From contig SCQK01000019.1 in assembly GCA_004321885.1 (NCBI GenBank), positions 1 to 1,759 of the forward strand: DNA of 1,759 nt, in the 5' to 3' direction. The notes under the pieces were generated by a model. It had not been told where the DNA came from. It did no database searches and was given only the letters and a program-made list of their open reading frames with translations. Source of the stretch: Patescibacteria group bacterium (GTDB lineage Bacteria; Patescibacteriota; Patescibacteriia; Magasanikbacterales; GWA2-37-8). Both the position numbers and the translations under genes were made by a program. Shown here piece after piece: positions 1-1,759 of the stretch (its first letter is position 1; each line of letters starts with the position of its first letter).

Positions 1-830
1 AATACCCTCATGGTTACTGGGCAAAAGAACGTTTTCAACTGTGCGGCCAACTTTTTGAGAGGCAGGAAGTGCATTTTCTGCGGTTCGTTCAAGGTGTATC
101 GGACTAAGCGCGGCTACGTCCGGTGCCGGAACAAATCCTGCGGGAAGCAGAAGTCGCTGAAACGGCTGCGGAAGGAGATTGCCATTCTCACCGGCTTCTA
201 CCAGCAGCAGCCGGCCTACCGCGTTGGCACCGACCTCGGCCTCGACTACCAGGCGGTGAGCGGCGTGTACCAGCGCCTGCGTGAAGCGGTTTACCACGTG
301 GCCGAGCTTGAGGCGGGCAAGCTGAAAGGAGAGATCGAGATTGACGAGGCGTACTTCGGGGGACGGCGGAAGGGCAAACGCGGGAGAGGAGCTGCCGGAA
401 AGAGCATTGTTTTCGGCCTTTTGGAGCGCGATGGCCGGGTCTACACCAAGGTGGTGGAGCGCGTGACCGCAGACGAGCTCATGGCCCATATCCGCAAGCA
501 TACGCGGAAGGGCTCGGTCTACTACACGGACACCTTCCGAAGCTACAACTCCCTTCGGCGCTGGGGCAAGCACCACCGCCTGAACCATTCCAAAGCCCTT
601 GCCTACCGCGGTAAGAATCATATCAACGGCATTGAGGGTTTCTGGAGTTTTGCCAAGCATATCCTGTACAATTACCGGGGCGTGTCCAAATATCATTTTC
701 CCATGTATCTGAAAGAGGTCGAATACCGATTCAACCATCGAAGAGAGAATCTGTTCAAGCTATTCTTAAACATCTATTTTGGTTACGTTTCCCACTAATT
801 ACCTTATTTTTTGTTTACAACTTTCTATAC
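1..830 (+). mobile_element. Partial IS1595-family insertion sequence; ends not resolved. The left end lies upstream of the window, and the right end is expected within a few tens of bp after 798.
   Basis: An intact IS1595-type transposase gene whose composition (about 60% GC) is strongly atypical of the flanking AT-rich DNA. No terminal inverted repeat pair can be identified because the left IR would lie outside the window. Confidence 0.55.
10..798 (+). CDS. IS1595-family (ISXO2-like) DDE transposase, 262 aa, apparently full-length short form. The N-terminus may extend a few codons upstream of the window, since the frame is open back to position 1.
   Basis: Translation shows an N-terminal transposase zinc ribbon, FNCAANFLRGRKCIFCGSF...VRCRNKSCGKQKS (Cys codons at 70-72, 79-81, 124-126, 139-141; CxxC-x14-C-x4-C). 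The DDE-type core follows, EIDEAYFGGRRKGKRGRG..GKSIVFGLLERDGRV (Asp codon 343-345), YYTDTFRSYN...HHRLNHS (Asp codon 529-531) and INGIEGFWSF (Glu codon 634-636). The C-terminal tail is the characteristic IS1595 one, KYHFPMYLKEVEYRFNHRRENLF. Stop TAA is at 796-798. There is no obvious Shine-Dalgarno in the 9 nt available upstream. Family assignment is from recalled motif patterns, not a database search. Confidence 0.85.
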   Translation: MVTGQKNVFNCAANFLRGRKCIFCGSFKVYRTKRGYVRCRNKSCGKQKSLKRLRKEIAILTGFYQQQPAYRVGTDLGLDYQAVSGVYQRLREAVYHVAELEAGKLKGEIEIDEAYFGGRRKGKRGRGAAGKSIVFGLLERDGRVYTKVVERVTADELMAHIRKHTRKGSVYYTDTFRSYNSLRRWGKHHRLNHSKALAYRGKNHINGIEGFWSFAKHILYNYRGVSKYHFPMYLKEVEYRFNHRRENLFKLFLNIYFGYVSH

Positions 831-1759
831 TTCGTGCTTCTTCCAAGACCAATACGCTCAATTTTTTTGAGACGCAATAATTTATCAAGTGCTTGACGCA
901 CGGTTGGTTGAGCAACACCTGTTTTTTTAGCAATCTCGCCGGGAGACGCTTCCTCAACTTTTTGGAGAAACTCCCACACGGTAAGCTGTTTTTTGGTAAG
1001 GATTTTTTCCACCTTTTCTTTTGAAAGTAATTCCACGGCCATTTGCGCTTGCTTTAGCAGAATAGTGAAAAAGAAATCAAGCCATGGCGCGATACTGTCT
1101 TTTTTCTCGTCAAAAGTTTTTTGAGTCCTGCGAAGCGCGATGTAATATTCCGGCTTGTTATCTTCAACCAGTTTCTCGTGAGAGATATAGGACATATATA
1201 AGTACCCCTCTTTAAGCAAAAGAAGGTTTGTAAGAACGCGCGAAAGCCGGCCATTGCCGTCTTGGAATGGGTGAATGGCTAAAAACTGAACAATAAAATT
1301 GCCGATAACAAGTAACGGATGATACTTTTTTTCTTGAAGGGCTTCTTGGGTCCATTCAACCAACTCCTGCATTTCTTTAGGAGTAAGGTACGGAGCAGTT
1401 GTGTCAAAGAGAATGGCGATTGACTTGCCGGCCTCATCAACCATGTGAACTTTATTTTCTCTCTTTTTATACTCACCGCGATGCGTTTTATCTTTCTCGG
1501 CATATTTGAGAAGCTCCCGATGGAAGTGTTTAATTGAGCTTTCGCTAAAGGCAAGCCGTTTCCATGAATCAAAGACATTCTCTAAAAGCTCGTAGTATCC
1601 TTTGGCCTCTTGCTTGTCACGATTAGTGAACTTTTGAATATCAATGCCGCGCATCAATTTTTCAATATCTTCATCCGAAAGACGCGCACCCTCAATGCGA
1701 GTTGATGCGCCGGTTGAAGTAATCAGAACAGAACGCTTGAGGCGCCCCAATACTTGGGG
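815..1759 (-). CDS. Fic/Doc-family protein (adenylyltransferase/AMPylator), class II with a cis inhibitory helix and a C-terminal winged helix-turn-helix. It is 5'-partial: the ORF is open to the window edge and the annotated M at 1750 is actually a TTG codon.
   Basis: Canonical Fic active-site motif HPFQDGNGRLSR (HxFx[D/E]GNGRxxR) is encoded at 1238..1273 on the minus strand. The inhibitory motif [S/T]xxxE[G/N] = STRIEG is encoded at 1688..1705, about 140 residues N-terminal of the Fic His. That spacing is typical of class II, SoFic-like Fic proteins. The C-terminal about 60 aa (818..1003), ...SPGEIAKKTGVAQPTVRQALDKLLRLKKIERIGLGRSTKYRKL, looks like a winged-HTH. Stop TAA is at 815-817 (minus). 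Homologous class II Fic proteins are about 350-380 aa with 50-70 aa before the inhibitory motif, so roughly 50 N-terminal residues probably lie beyond position 1759. Confidence 0.85.
   Translation of the reverse strand, partial: PQVLGRLKRSVLITSTGASTRIEGARLSDEDIEKLMRGIDIQKFTNRDKQEAKGYYELLENVFDSWKRLAFSESSIKHFHRELLKYAEKDKTHRGEYKKRENKVHMVDEAGKSIAILFDTTAPYLTPKEMQELVEWTQEALQEKKYHPLLVIGNFIVQFLAIHPFQDGNGRLSRVLTNLLLLKEGYLYMSYISHEKLVEDNKPEYYIALRRTQKTFDEKKDSIAPWLDFFFTILLKQAQMAVELLSKEKVEKILTKKQLTVWEFLQKVEEASPGEIAKKTGVAQPTVRQALDKLLRLKKIERIGLGRSTKYRKL

Noticed and set aside
1-10. aataccctca (1-10) resembles aattacctta (797-806), a possible direct repeat or target-site duplication
   Set aside because: The match is imperfect, and the left copy sits directly against the start codon. 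The true IS left end with its IRL should be further upstream outside the window, so this is most likely coincidence.
799-814. T-rich run (ttattttttgttt) after the transposase stop as a possible rho-independent terminator
   Set aside because: I could not find a convincing GC-rich stem-loop immediately upstream of the T-run. The T-richness is consistent with the general AT-rich background and with the Lys/Leu codons of the convergent gene.
1054-1254. 66-aa minus-strand ORF nested inside the Fic gene
   Set aside because: It sits on the same strand in a different frame, lying entirely within a well-supported CDS. The peptide is low-complexity with no recognisable motifs, so it is almost certainly a spurious alternate-frame ORF.
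1279-1578. 99-aa minus-strand ORF nested inside the Fic gene
   Set aside because: It is an alternate frame of the Fic coding strand with no motifs, no independent start or RBS context, and is entirely overlapped. Spurious.
1748-1750. Annotated Met start of the Fic ORF at 1750
   Set aside because: The codon is TTG and the frame stays open to the window edge. Homologous class II Fic proteins have about 50 more N-terminal residues before the STRIEG motif, so this is most likely an internal Leu codon rather than the real start.

Overview
The window holds two convergent genes separated by a 16-bp spacer. On the + strand, 10..798 encodes an apparently intact 262-aa IS1595-family transposase (N-terminal CxxC...CxxxxC zinc ribbon, DDE-type core, C-terminal YRFNHR tail). 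It is conspicuously GC-rich, about 55-65% over 60..600. On the - strand, 815..1759 encodes a class II Fic/Doc-family AMPylator (partial, 5' end runs off the window). It carries the canonical Fic motif HPFQDGNGRLSR, an in-cis inhibitory helix motif STRIEG, and a C-terminal winged-HTH. Its composition is AT-rich, about 38-40% GC. The sharp compositional contrast and the tail-to-tail junction suggest an IS1595-like element acquired by, or inserted into, an AT-rich host right at the 3' end of a Fic gene. The IS inverted repeats and left end cannot be seen in the window. No CRISPR, RNA genes or convincing promoters or terminators are visible. I see no evidence for a novel multi-gene system. Both genes belong to well-known families, and the interesting aspects are the IS/Fic junction and the composition.
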